Part shown: piece after piece, positions 28,823-37,713 of the stretch
How positions within the stretch are numbered: the first letter of the stretch is position 1
How the letters are laid out: every line of letters starts with the position of its first letter
Origin: Parcubacteria group bacterium GW2011_GWA2_40_14
GTDB lineage: Bacteria; Patescibacteriota; Minisyncoccia; Phycocordibacterales; DATDWN01
Direction of reading: 5' to 3'
DNA: 51,276 bases
Assembly: GCA_000996025.1 (NCBI GenBank)
Contig: LBYF01000004.1
Location: 1 to 51,276, forward strand
Notes under the pieces: generated by a model
The model's database searches: none
Told to the model about the DNA's origin: nothing
Seen by the model: the letters and a program-made list of their open reading frames with translations, nothing else
Program-made: the position numbers and the translations under genes

Positions 28823-30070
28823 TTATTTTTTGTTTTTAATTTCGCTAGTAAGTTTTTCTAAAACTTCTTCTTTTGAAAATGCTCCGATTTGGCCGTTATC
28901 GCGGGATTCCAAAGTTACTTTATCCGCCTCAATTTCTTTATCGCCGATAACTATCCAGTACGGGATTTTGTTATTTTTTGCATCACGGACTTTTGAACCG
29001 AGGTTCTCATCAGCGAGATCTAGTTCTGCGCGAATATTATTTTCTCGTAACATGTCAAAGACGGTCTTTGACATTGTGTTGTGATTTTCCCGCACCGGAA
29101 TAACTTTAACTTGAACAGGTGACATCCATAGTGGCAAGTTACCTTCATAATGTTCCAGAAGGACGGCCACACAGCGTTCAATAGAGCCGGTAATGGCGGA
29201 ATGAATCATAACAATGCGTTCTTTTTCACCTTTTTCATTTACACAAGTTAGATCAAATTTTTCTGGCATATTCATATCGAGTTGGATTGTAGCCACTTGC
29301 CATTCACGCCCAGCAGAATTTTTTGCCATGAAATCTAATTTTGGTCCGTATAGAGCGGCTTCTCCTGGACCTTCAAAATAATCCGCGCCACGGGATTTAG
29401 CAATTTCTCGCAACTCACTTTCTGCAGTATCCCAGATCTCTTTTGTTCCAATATATTTATTCATATCTTTTGGATCTCGGAAAGAAAGGCGAACCTGAAG
29501 TGTAAATCCAAATATTTTATAAAATGTATCAACAATATCCCAAATTTTTAGAAATTCTTCCTTTATTTGGCTCGTGCGGCAGAAAACATGAGAATCATCT
29601 TGAGTAATAGACAAAACGCGAGTTAGTCCTCCGAGCTCTCCTGACTGTTCATCTCGATAGACCATTGTAGTCTCGGCATAGCGTTGCGGCATTTCCCGAT
29701 ATGAATGTGGTTTGCGGGCAAAAATCTGCGTATGATGCGGACAGTTCATCGGCTTCAAGGCATATTCTTTGCCTTCACGTGAGGTAATCCGGAAAAGCTC
29801 CTCGGAAAATTTATCCCAATGTCCGCTTGTTTCGTACAAGTCCTTTTTTGTGATGTGGGGAATAGTTACTTTACCGTAGTCATTTTCGGAACGTAATTCC
29901 CAGACGAATTTATCAAGTTCTTCGCGCAAAATATTTCCTTTTGGTGTCCACAGGGGTAGTCCTGAACCAACAAGATCTGAAAAAGTAAAGAGATCAAGCT
30001 CCTTACCTATTTTTCGGTGGTCATTCTTCTGCATCTCGCTTTCTTTCTCTTTTGCTTCGTCATTTTCCAT
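28823..30070 (-). CDS. thrS: Threonyl-tRNA synthetase lacking N-terminal TGS/editing domains
   Basis: Starts just before DHRKIGKELDLF; KPMNCPHH, YGPKLDF, TIQLD, H.AITGSIER; 415 aa. Confidence 0.95.
   Translation of the reverse strand: MENDEAKEKESEMQKNDHRKIGKELDLFTFSDLVGSGLPLWTPKGNILREELDKFVWELRSENDYGKVTIPHITKKDLYETSGHWDKFSEELFRITSREGKEYALKPMNCPHHTQIFARKPHSYREMPQRYAETTMVYRDEQSGELGGLTRVLSITQDDSHVFCRTSQIKEEFLKIWDIVDTFYKIFGFTLQVRLSFRDPKDMNKYIGTKEIWDTAESELREIAKSRGADYFEGPGEAALYGPKLDFMAKNSAGREWQVATIQLDMNMPEKFDLTCVNEKGEKERIVMIHSAITGSIERCVAVLLEHYEGNLPLWMSPVQVKVIPVRENHNTMSKTVFDMLRENNIRAELDLADENLGSKVRDAKNNKIPYWIVIGDKEIEADKVTLESRDNGQIGAFSKEEVLEKLTSEIKNKK
29052..29074. repeat. In-frame palindrome, family F6, inside thrS
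   Basis: atgtcaaagac-g-gtctttgacat. Confidence 0.85.
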
Positions 30071-30175
30071 GCTATTTAGAGTATCAGATTTATTTCAAAA
30101 AATCTAATTACTTTGACTTTATTGGGTGTTCATAATTAGCTTGACATAGAGATTTTGTGGCAGTACCATTAAATC

Positions 30176-30353
30176 AATCTCCGTAGTCTTTCCTTACTCC
30201 TCGGTTGGAGCTTCTTTTCTCCTTTCGAAGTCGTGTGGATACTAAGGAGACATCAACGAGGGTGTGCCGTGAGGGGGGTCTTGCGGCACATGCCTTCCAT
30301 TTTGAGATATGTTCTCATCCAATCCGTCCGAGATCTGCACTCGGCGGTTTTTT
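30176..30353 (+). ncRNA. Candidate sRNA of about 175 nt
   Basis: TTGACA(30141)-17-TACCAT promoter, 11 bp hairpin 30263-30290, terminator 30324-30353. Confidence 0.45.
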
Positions 30354-33300
30354 ACTCCATTGATTTGACTTTATCAATCAAAATGGACTTTCCGCTGTTG
30401 CGCGTGGAAAAAGCGCCTTTGACCACGATGCAACTTTCCTGGATAAGAATGTCTCGAAACTCCTCATAAACTTTTGGGAAAGCCACGGCCTCAATAGAGT
30501 CGGATAAGTCGGCAAGCTTTAAAAATATCATTCTGTCTCCATTTTTGGTAGTAACAGCTCGTATTTCTTCAATGATACCACCCAGAACAACAGAGTCTTT
30601 TTCTTTTGCCGTTTCTTTTATTTTTTTAATATCATTTTTTTTATCTTCAAGTTTACGCTTGAAACTGTCCAAAGGATGTCCGGAAATATAAAGGCCGAGA
30701 AGTTCCTTTTCCCAGACCAATTTATCTGCCGGATTTGATTTGGGGGCAGGTTCAAGATGTATTTCGTTAGCCTGCGATGTAGCTCCTCTCATGATAGAGA
30801 ATAATGAATCTTGATCACTCTCTTTTTTCTGTTCTTCTTTATGAAATTCAAGTAAGCGGTCTAAATTGAAAAGAAGTAGGGCTCTATAGGTTACATTACC
30901 GGAAGCAAAAGAATCCAAAGCCCCAGTTTTTATTAGTGATTCAAGAGATTTTTTATTTAAATTTTTGTCTTTGACACGGCTCAAGAAATCAGAAAATGAA
31001 GAGAAAGGTCCATTTGCTTTTCTCTCGGTAATGATTGTTTGACTGATACCTTCGCCGAAATTTTTAATGGTAGTCAGTCCAAAACGAATGATATTATCGA
31101 CTGGTGCCACAGGCGTCCCGACAACATCAGGCACCGGGACGGTGAAGCCTCCAAAAGACTGATTGACATCAGGGGGAAGGATTGCAATACCCATTCTTTT
31201 ACATTCGTTCACAATTTCGGCAATCATTACAATATCACCGGATTCTGCCGTCAGCACTGCTGACATATATATGGCAGGGAAGTTAGCTTTCATATAGGCA
31301 GTTTGATAAGCCACCTTTCCGTAGCTTGCGGCATGGGCTTTGTTGAAACCGTATCCTTGGAATGGCTCAAATAAATTCCATAACTCCTCGGCCTTTTTTG
31401 CAGTAGTCCCTCCGTGTTTCTGACATCCCATAACAAAGGTGACGTGTTGTTTAGCCATCTCTTCACGTATTTTTTTTCCAACTGCCTTGCGAAATTTATC
31501 AATTTCACCCCAACTATATCCAGCAACTTCTATAGCCGTCATAAGAAGGTCATCTTGGTAAACTAGCACCCCGTATGTCTTGTCCAAAAACTTTTTCATA
31601 TTTGGATGAGGATAAGTGATAGGTTTTGTTCCGTGTTTTCTGGCGATATATTCGTTTATGTTGTCCATAGGTCCAGGACGATATAGCGCGACCATCACAT
31701 TTATATCGTAAATAGTTGTAGGTTTAAGTTCCTTCAGCCAGCGCGTCATACCGTCCCCGTTTAGCTGAAATAGTCCTATAGTTTCACCACGAGCTAACAT
31801 TTCAAAAGTTTTTTTATCGTCCAGTGGAATTTTATCTAGGTTAATTTTTATTCCTTTTAGTTTTTCCGTGATTTTGACAGCATCTGCCAGAATAGAAAGG
31901 TTGCGTATTCCAAGAAAATCAAATTTCAACAAACCAACACCATCGTATTCGTCTGTCAGAGAGTACATATCATACTGTGTAATAATTTTTCCTTCTCCTT
32001 TTGGGTCGTATTGAATAGGACTGTAATCCGTTATTGGTGTAGGTGGGATAACTACTCCCGCGGCGTGCACCGAGATATGCCTAGCACAACCTTCTATTTT
32101 CCTCCCCATATCGATTATTTTTTTCGTTTCCGCGTCCTCATTATAAAGTTTTTTCAGTTCGGGATTTTCTTTCATTGCTCGCTCTAATGTCATCGGAAAG
32201 CCTTGCGCGCCCAAGGGTATCATTTTGGCGATGTTATCACCAACACCATACGGAAATCCAAGCGCACGCGTGACGTCTCTGACGGCGCCACGAGCTGCCA
32301 TAGTACCGAATGTACCTATCTGTACCACCTTATCTCCTCCGTGTTTTTTCTTTGCATACTCAATCATTTCATCACGACGGTTGTCTGCAATATCCATATC
32401 AATATCAGGGGCTTTTGGCCGTTCAGGATTTAGAAATCGTTCAAAAGGAAGATTAAATACGATAGGGTCAATTGTTGTGATGTAATTTAGATATGAAACC
32501 ATTGACCCGCCAGCTGATCCACGAGTAGTAGTCAGGATTCCATGCTCTCTTGCATAATGTAAAAGGTCGGAGACCACTAGAAAATACGGCGAGTATCCTT
32601 TATCGCGTATGATTTTCAGTTCGTACTCAATACGCTCTACTATTTCTCTAGTTTCTTTTAAATCGTGTCCGGCAAGTCCTTCGTATGTCAGACGTTTCAA
32701 CTCCTCATCGTGAGACAGACCGTTTTCTACAGTGTAAGTAGGCAAAATCCATTTTCCCAAATCAAGCGTGAGGTTGCATCTGTTAGATATTTTGAGGCAA
32801 TTCTCCAGTGCCTCTGGCATGTCTTTGAAATATTTTTCTGCTTGCGACGGAGTAATAAAAGAAAAATCTTCATCGCTAACTTCTATTTTTTCGTCGTTTT
32901 GAGATTGGATTGCAAGAAGAGTTTGTCTGGCCACACGGTCTTCTGGAGCAATATAATAAACATCGTGTGTGGCGACAATAGGTGTCGCAGTTTGTCTTGC
33001 AAACTGCAACAATATTGCCATATTTTCTTCGTGACCCTTGATTTCTGGATGATGAGTTATTTCCAAATAAAAATGGGACTCGCTGTCATAAGACCCCGCA
33101 ATATCGGCAGCGGGACGAAAAGTTTTTTTGTACCAATCCAGTCGTTCTTGAGCTTGTTCCATATTTCCCATTTTGAGCGATTGCAGTATATCACTTGAAA
33201 ACGAGGGGGCGATAGCGATAAGTCCCTCGTGATATTTTTCCAGAAGCTCGTGGTCAATGCGCGGTTTGTAATAAAAACCCTCCATATGAGCCAGTGTTAC

Positions 33301-33630
33301 AAGTTGAATCAAATTTTTGTATCCAACCTCATTTTCTACAAGCAAGACCAAACGATAACGTTCTTTATCAATGCCAGTTTGTTTGTCCTTTCGCGAACGA
33401 TAGGCGACATAAGCATCAATACCGAGAATTGGTTTTATATTAGCTTTTTTGCATGCTTGGTAAAACTCAATAGCTCCGTACAAGTTGGCGTTGTCAGTCA
33501 GAGCCAGAGCTTTCATACCATTTTTCTTTGCAGTGTCCACAAGCTCGTCAATTTTCGGCAAAGCGTTGAGCAGGGAGTAGTGAGAGTGGGTATGGAGATG
33601 GACGAATTTTGCTATTCTATCTTCTTGCAT
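30352..33630 (-). CDS. dnaE: DNA polymerase III alpha subunit
   Basis: PHP HLHTHSHYSLL, RGSAGGS, PDIDMD, KFDFLG, FNKAHAASY, OB fold. Confidence 0.97.
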   Translation of the reverse strand: MQEDRIAKFVHLHTHSHYSLLNALPKIDELVDTAKKNGMKALALTDNANLYGAIEFYQACKKANIKPILGIDAYVAYRSRKDKQTGIDKERYRLVLLVENEVGYKNLIQLVTLAHMEGFYYKPRIDHELLEKYHEGLIAIAPSFSSDILQSLKMGNMEQAQERLDWYKKTFRPAADIAGSYDSESHFYLEITHHPEIKGHEENMAILLQFARQTATPIVATHDVYYIAPEDRVARQTLLAIQSQNDEKIEVSDEDFSFITPSQAEKYFKDMPEALENCLKISNRCNLTLDLGKWILPTYTVENGLSHDEELKRLTYEGLAGHDLKETREIVERIEYELKIIRDKGYSPYFLVVSDLLHYAREHGILTTTRGSAGGSMVSYLNYITTIDPIVFNLPFERFLNPERPKAPDIDMDIADNRRDEMIEYAKKKHGGDKVVQIGTFGTMAARGAVRDVTRALGFPYGVGDNIAKMIPLGAQGFPMTLERAMKENPELKKLYNEDAETKKIIDMGRKIEGCARHISVHAAGVVIPPTPITDYSPIQYDPKGEGKIITQYDMYSLTDEYDGVGLLKFDFLGIRNLSILADAVKITEKLKGIKINLDKIPLDDKKTFEMLARGETIGLFQLNGDGMTRWLKELKPTTIYDINVMVALYRPGPMDNINEYIARKHGTKPITYPHPNMKKFLDKTYGVLVYQDDLLMTAIEVAGYSWGEIDKFRKAVGKKIREEMAKQHVTFVMGCQKHGGTTAKKAEELWNLFEPFQGYGFNKAHAASYGKVAYQTAYMKANFPAIYMSAVLTAESGDIVMIAEIVNECKRMGIAILPPDVNQSFGGFTVPVPDVVGTPVAPVDNIIRFGLTTIKNFGEGISQTIITERKANGPFSSFSDFLSRVKDKNLNKKSLESLIKTGALDSFASGNVTYRALLLFNLDRLLEFHKEEQKKESDQDSLFSIMRGATSQANEIHLEPAPKSNPADKLVWEKELLGLYISGHPLDSFKRKLEDKKNDIKKIKETAKEKDSVVLGGIIEEIRAVTTKNGDRMIFLKLADLSDSIEAVAFPKVYEEFRDILIQESCIVVKGAFSTRNSGKSILIDKVKSME

Positions 33631-33668
33631 GAGATGATTATAACATGAAACAAATTGTCGGAATTGAA

Positions 33669-33771
33669 GTGAGAAGTCGTGTTACGACTTCGCAAGTCGG
33701 AGCGTGACGACGCGAGACGGGGTAGCAGAATTTTTCAGCAGAAAAATATCTATGACCTGCTCCTGTAAGGA
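33669..33771 (+). repeat. Structured repeat, family F4
   Basis: See 7718-7815 and 9115-9200. Confidence 0.8.
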
Positions 33772-33804
33772 TGTGGTAACATTAACTTTTAATATAAATA
33801 TGGC

Positions 33805-34521
33805 ATGAAATTTATAGTTGGTATAGATGAAGTGGGAAGGGGACCTTTGGCTGGGCCAGTGACGGTTTGCGTCGTGGCTTGCGAAGAAAAAATGTACAAC
33901 AAATTGAAACGTGACAGACGACTTCCGCCTACAGGAAAAGATAGTAAAAAACTTTCCCCGCTTGCTCGGGAAAAGTACGCAACATATTTAAAATTATTAG
34001 TGTCAAAGACTGCCTTTGACATGCGGAGCCAAATGTCAAAGGCAGTCTTTGACACGGCAATAGTCCATATTTCAAATAAAGTCATTGATGCGAAGGGAAT
34101 TTCTTTTGCAATAAAAAAAGCAATTACCGAAGGGATTAAAAAGTTAAAACTCAATCCAAGAAATTGTCGGGTTTTACTAGACGGGGGACTAAAAGCTCCA
34201 AAACAATTTAAAAATCAGAGGACTATTAGAAAAGGTGATGAGAAAGAAAAAATCATTGCTTGGGCCTCAATTCTAGCAAAAGTTTCGCGAGATGAACTTA
34301 TGCACAGAGCCGCAAAAAAGTTTCCGCGTTATGGGTTTGAAAATCATAAAGGATATGGAACTCTGAAACACAGATTAGCTATTTCAAAGTATGGAATATC
34401 AGTTGTCCACAGGGTAAGCTATTGCAGAAATCTTTCCTTCCACATTTTCTTACAGTTACAGCTTGAACAAGGTGCCGGGAGAGTTATCCCGGTGCCTTTT
34501 ATTTTTGAGTGTAGTAGTTGA
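33805..34521 (+). CDS. rnhB: Ribonuclease HII
   Basis: GIDEVGRGPLAGPV, DSKKL, KGD, ASILAKV.RD, HKGYGT. Confidence 0.95.
   Translation: MKFIVGIDEVGRGPLAGPVTVCVVACEEKMYNKLKRDRRLPPTGKDSKKLSPLAREKYATYLKLLVSKTAFDMRSQMSKAVFDTAIVHISNKVIDAKGISFAIKKAITEGIKKLKLNPRNCRVLLDGGLKAPKQFKNQRTIRKGDEKEKIIAWASILAKVSRDELMHRAAKKFPRYGFENHKGYGTLKHRLAISKYGISVVHRVSYCRNLSFHIFLQLQLEQGAGRVIPVPFIFECSS
34000..34055. repeat. Inverted pair of F6 palindromes in frame inside rnhB
   Basis: gtgtcaaagactgcctttgacat-N10-atgtcaaaggcagtctttgacac (exact reverse complements). Confidence 0.9.
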
Positions 34522-34554
34522 TTATTCTAAACTAATGTGATAATGTTCCAAATT

Positions 34555-34794
34555 ATGGTTGTACGAATGCGTAGCACAAAAAGCCACCGCAACAACAGGC
34601 GTTCACACGACAGCTTGTCTTTTCCCGCTGTGACTATGGATAAAAATACAAATGTGCCACATTTGCGTCACAGAGCCAGTTTGGTTACCGGTCAGTACAA
34701 AGGAAGGGTAGTCATTGATTGTCAACGACCGAGCACCATTGAGCCCCTATGGTGCTTCGGCTCATTGACAAAATCGCGGGCGAAGCCAGAGTGA
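34555..34794 (+). CDS. rpmF: 50S ribosomal protein L32 with repeat-derived C-terminus
   Basis: MVVRMRSTKSHRNNRRSH...HLRHRA....GQYKGRVVID; upstream of nusB/rnc. Confidence 0.85.
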   Translation: MVVRMRSTKSHRNNRRSHDSLSFPAVTMDKNTNVPHLRHRASLVTGQYKGRVVIDCQRPSTIEPLWCFGSLTKSRAKPE

Positions 34795-34828
34795 GCCTTT
34801 CGCTGGAAAGGTGAGCGTCTCTGGAAAG
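34720..34828 (+). repeat. Partial F5 repeat overlapping rpmF 3' end
   Basis: TGTCAACGACC..GGCTCATTGACAAAATC..CAGAG..GCTGGAAA..CGTCTCTGGAAAG, as at 15113-15209. Confidence 0.85.
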
Positions 34829-34880
34829 TTGTTTTCTGGAGATTACCTATAGTATACTTAAAGAGTAGTTATTTACACAT

Positions 34881-35777
34881 ATGGCAAACAGGCACCTTTC
34901 CAGGTCAATAGTTCTCCAGTCACTTTTTGAGTGGGACTTTGGTTCCAAAAGTTCTTTTGATGCCATTTCTATTTTCAAACGCAACGCCGAAGAATTCGCT
35001 CCTGGTTTGTCGGATTTTTCTTTTATGGATACCTTGCTCAAAGGTGTTTTGGAAAAACAAAAAGACGTAGACCTAATCATAGAAAAAGCCGCTCCAGATT
35101 GGCCTATAGATAAAATAAGTGTCATAGACCGAAACATTTTGCGCATAGGACTTTATGAGCTTTTGTTTTCTGACCGTTCTCAAGTGCCACCAAAAGTGGC
35201 GATAAACGAAGCAATAGAGTTGTCTAAAACATTTGGCGGAGATACATCCTCAAAGTTCGTAAATGGCGTTTTGGGCGCAGTCTACAAAGAACTCGGCGAG
35301 CCAGGCAAGGATGAAACTGGAAAAGACAAGAAAAATAATGGAAGCGGAAATCTGCCTGTACCAGTGTTCTATTTGGGGGGAGCGGTAGTTTATGCAAAGG
35401 ATGGTGATGATATTTATCTTGCTCTTGTCCACGATGTTTTTGGTAGATGGACTTTATCAAAAGGTAAAATTGAAGAGAACGAAGATGTGGAGGTAGGCAC
35501 TATACGCGAGATAAAAGAGGAGCTAGGGCTAGATATAAAAATCAAAGAAAAACTCGGTGAAAATGAATATGTTGCTTACAATCCTGAAAAAGGAAAAATA
35601 AAAAAGCATGTCGTCTATTTTTTGGCAGAATCAAAATTTGTAGACCTCACTCCGGAAGCCAAAGGCGGGTTGGACGATGCCAAATGGTTCAAAATGGGGG
35701 ATATACTTGATTTAAATTTTTATAATGATATATTGCCGTTGGTAACAAAGGCCATTAATATACTCTTGAAGAAGTAG
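34881..35777 (+). CDS. nusB: NusB fused to a C-terminal Nudix hydrolase
   Basis: NusB motifs (DRNILR...YEL, VAINEAIEL.K.FG, FVNGVLG) plus a complete Nudix box GKIEENEDVEVGTIREIKEELGL. Confidence 0.9.
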   Translation: MANRHLSRSIVLQSLFEWDFGSKSSFDAISIFKRNAEEFAPGLSDFSFMDTLLKGVLEKQKDVDLIIEKAAPDWPIDKISVIDRNILRIGLYELLFSDRSQVPPKVAINEAIELSKTFGGDTSSKFVNGVLGAVYKELGEPGKDETGKDKKNNGSGNLPVPVFYLGGAVVYAKDGDDIYLALVHDVFGRWTLSKGKIEENEDVEVGTIREIKEELGLDIKIKEKLGENEYVAYNPEKGKIKKHVVYFLAESKFVDLTPEAKGGLDDAKWFKMGDILDLNFYNDILPLVTKAINILLKK

Positions 35778-35865
35778 AAAGTTCTTAAAGTTATAAAGTT
35801 CATAAAGTAAAAATGCAAATGCATCATACTTTACAAACTTTAAGAACTTTATAACTTTATAAACT
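35778..35865. repeat. Short-period (8-9 nt) tandem repeats arranged as an inverted pair
   Basis: aaagttctt/aaagttat/aaagttcat ... actttacaa/actttaaga/actttata. Confidence 0.7.
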
Positions 35866-35871
35866 AATACT

Positions 35872-36558
35872 ATGGATTTTAATGAATTTGAAAAAAATAC
35901 AGGATTGAATTTTAGCGACAAGAGTTTGTTACAACAAGCTTTTGTTCACCGTTCATATATAAATGAAAACAAGGTCTCTGGATTAAATCATAACGAGCGT
36001 TTGGAGTTTTTAGGGGATGCCGTGCTGGAACTTGTTATTACGGACTTTTTATACAAAAAATATACAGATAAAGCGGAGGGGGACTTGACCGCATACCGTT
36101 CTAGTCTAGTTAACGCTGATACATGTGCCGGTATAGCTAACCAACTTGGAATGGGAGACTACTTGCTTCTTTCAAAAGGGGAGAGCAAAGATGTCGGTCG
36201 CGCGCGTCAGTACATACTAGCAAACGCCCTAGAGGCGCTCATTGGTGCGATTTATATTGATCAAGGACTAGATAGCTCAAAAGATTTTATTGAACGAAAC
36301 TTTACTCCACTTATTGAAAAAATAATTTCCGCTGGAAGTTTCATAGATGCCAAGTCACTTTTTCAGGAAAAAGCTCAAGAGTTTGACGGCATTACTCCGT
36401 CATATAAAACGATGAAAGAAACTGGTCCCGACCATGAAAAGAAATTCACTGTCGGTGTTTACGTTGGTCGTGACCTCATCGCAACAGGTGAAGGCGAATC
36501 CAAACAAGACGCCGAGCAATCCGCCGCCCGTTCAGCTCTTTCAGCTCGTGGCTGGTAG
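35872..36558 (+). CDS. rnc: Ribonuclease III
   Basis: HNERLEFLGDAVL, EALIGAIY.D.G, dsRBD. Confidence 0.97.
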   Translation: MDFNEFEKNTGLNFSDKSLLQQAFVHRSYINENKVSGLNHNERLEFLGDAVLELVITDFLYKKYTDKAEGDLTAYRSSLVNADTCAGIANQLGMGDYLLLSKGESKDVGRARQYILANALEALIGAIYIDQGLDSSKDFIERNFTPLIEKIISAGSFIDAKSLFQEKAQEFDGITPSYKTMKETGPDHEKKFTVGVYVGRDLIATGEGESKQDAEQSAARSALSARGW

Positions 36559-36678
36559 TAATTTTGATAGACACTTATTTAATACTAAATAATAGAATAA
36601 TTATAGTGTCAACTTGACAATATATATATGCTAGCTTGATTTTGGAGCGTTATTTAAAAAAAGGAGGTAGTGATAAGT

Positions 36679-37437
36679 ATGGAAGAGAAAAAAGAAGTGC
36701 TTAGGGAACATCTTGAAGATTGCCTGAAGCATTTCGGCAAATGGTTCAATTCCAAAGTGCCCCGTCGTTCTCGTGGTCGGACCGAAGCCATGAAGCCGAT
36801 GGCCGAATTCCTTGGTGTTACGCCTGGCACTGTTCAGCGCATGCTTGACGATATGTCCCCTTTACCTAGAGGGGAAACTCATATCAAGCTTCTGTGTTAT
36901 CTGGACTTGCACGGTTACAAAATCATTGAATTTGAGAGAATGCCGAAAATTCGACGAAACTTCTCGGAGCTCATCGGATTCGAGCTTCTCTCTCCTGTCG
37001 AAGCGTCTAATCTGGTTGGGTATCACGATACTCAACAGATTTATCAAGCGATCTTCGGTAGAGAAGGAGTAAACAAGAAGAGAGAAAACTTGATGTGGAC
37101 TATCTGGAAGGAAAAAAGGGTAGAGCTTGAACGTAGGAAAAAAGATGCCTACGACACTCTCCGACTCGAAGTTCTTTTCAGTGTTCCGTTAGAAGTTGGC
37201 TCGGTTTCCGTCGCGGTTCAACAACTTGTCTTGTCAGCCAGTCAGCCGGTTATAACAAATGCCGGAATGCGGCTAGCTGTTTTGAACATACTGGAAAATT
37301 CAGTTCTCTTGTTTGAAGATAGTCTGTTTGACAGTCTTTCGGACAGTGAGCTATGTGAGTTTTCTCAACCAATTCTTCGACTATCGTCCCATTTGAGTAC
37401 CTTGAGTTCGAAGATTTTAACAAGGAAAGTTGGTTGA
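36679..37437 (+). CDS. Hypothetical protein with probable HTH (MAEFLGVTPGTVQRM)
   Basis: AGGAGG RBS; first gene of a tight 3-gene operon. Confidence 0.6.
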   Translation: MEEKKEVLREHLEDCLKHFGKWFNSKVPRRSRGRTEAMKPMAEFLGVTPGTVQRMLDDMSPLPRGETHIKLLCYLDLHGYKIIEFERMPKIRRNFSELIGFELLSPVEASNLVGYHDTQQIYQAIFGREGVNKKRENLMWTIWKEKRVELERRKKDAYDTLRLEVLFSVPLEVGSVSVAVQQLVLSASQPVITNAGMRLAVLNILENSVLLFEDSLFDSLSDSELCEFSQPILRLSSHLSTLSSKILTRKVG

Positions 37438-37440
37438 CGT

Positions 37441-37713
37441 ATGGAAAATGAGAGCTACACGGCTGTTGTCCAAAAAGTTATGGACAACGGCAAACATGGG
37501 CCGTACGTAGTAGCAACGAATGAAAAAATCGGGACAATCACTTTTTCTCTCGAACCGCTGGTTTGGCAGGAAAAAGGTAGGCCTGAAAGAGGAAACATCG
37601 TTGTTCTCTCCGAGATTCGCAAAAAGCGCGCCGGTTGGCGTGCCAACAGTGGGCGGTTCTTTCGACCGTCCGACGAGCAATCAGAAACCAAACATAGCAA
37701 GGAGTTAAAATGA
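37441..37713 (+). CDS. Small hypothetical protein, possibly OB-fold-like
   Basis: 90 aa, beta-rich; overlaps next start (ATGA). Confidence 0.6.
   Translation: MENESYTAVVQKVMDNGKHGPYVVATNEKIGTITFSLEPLVWQEKGRPERGNIVVLSEIRKKRAGWRANSGRFFRPSDEQSETKHSKELK

Noticed and set aside
30071-30351. T-box riboswitch for thrS
   Set aside because: No T-box consensus (GGTGGNACCGCG) on the minus strand; the promoter and terminator signals point the other way.
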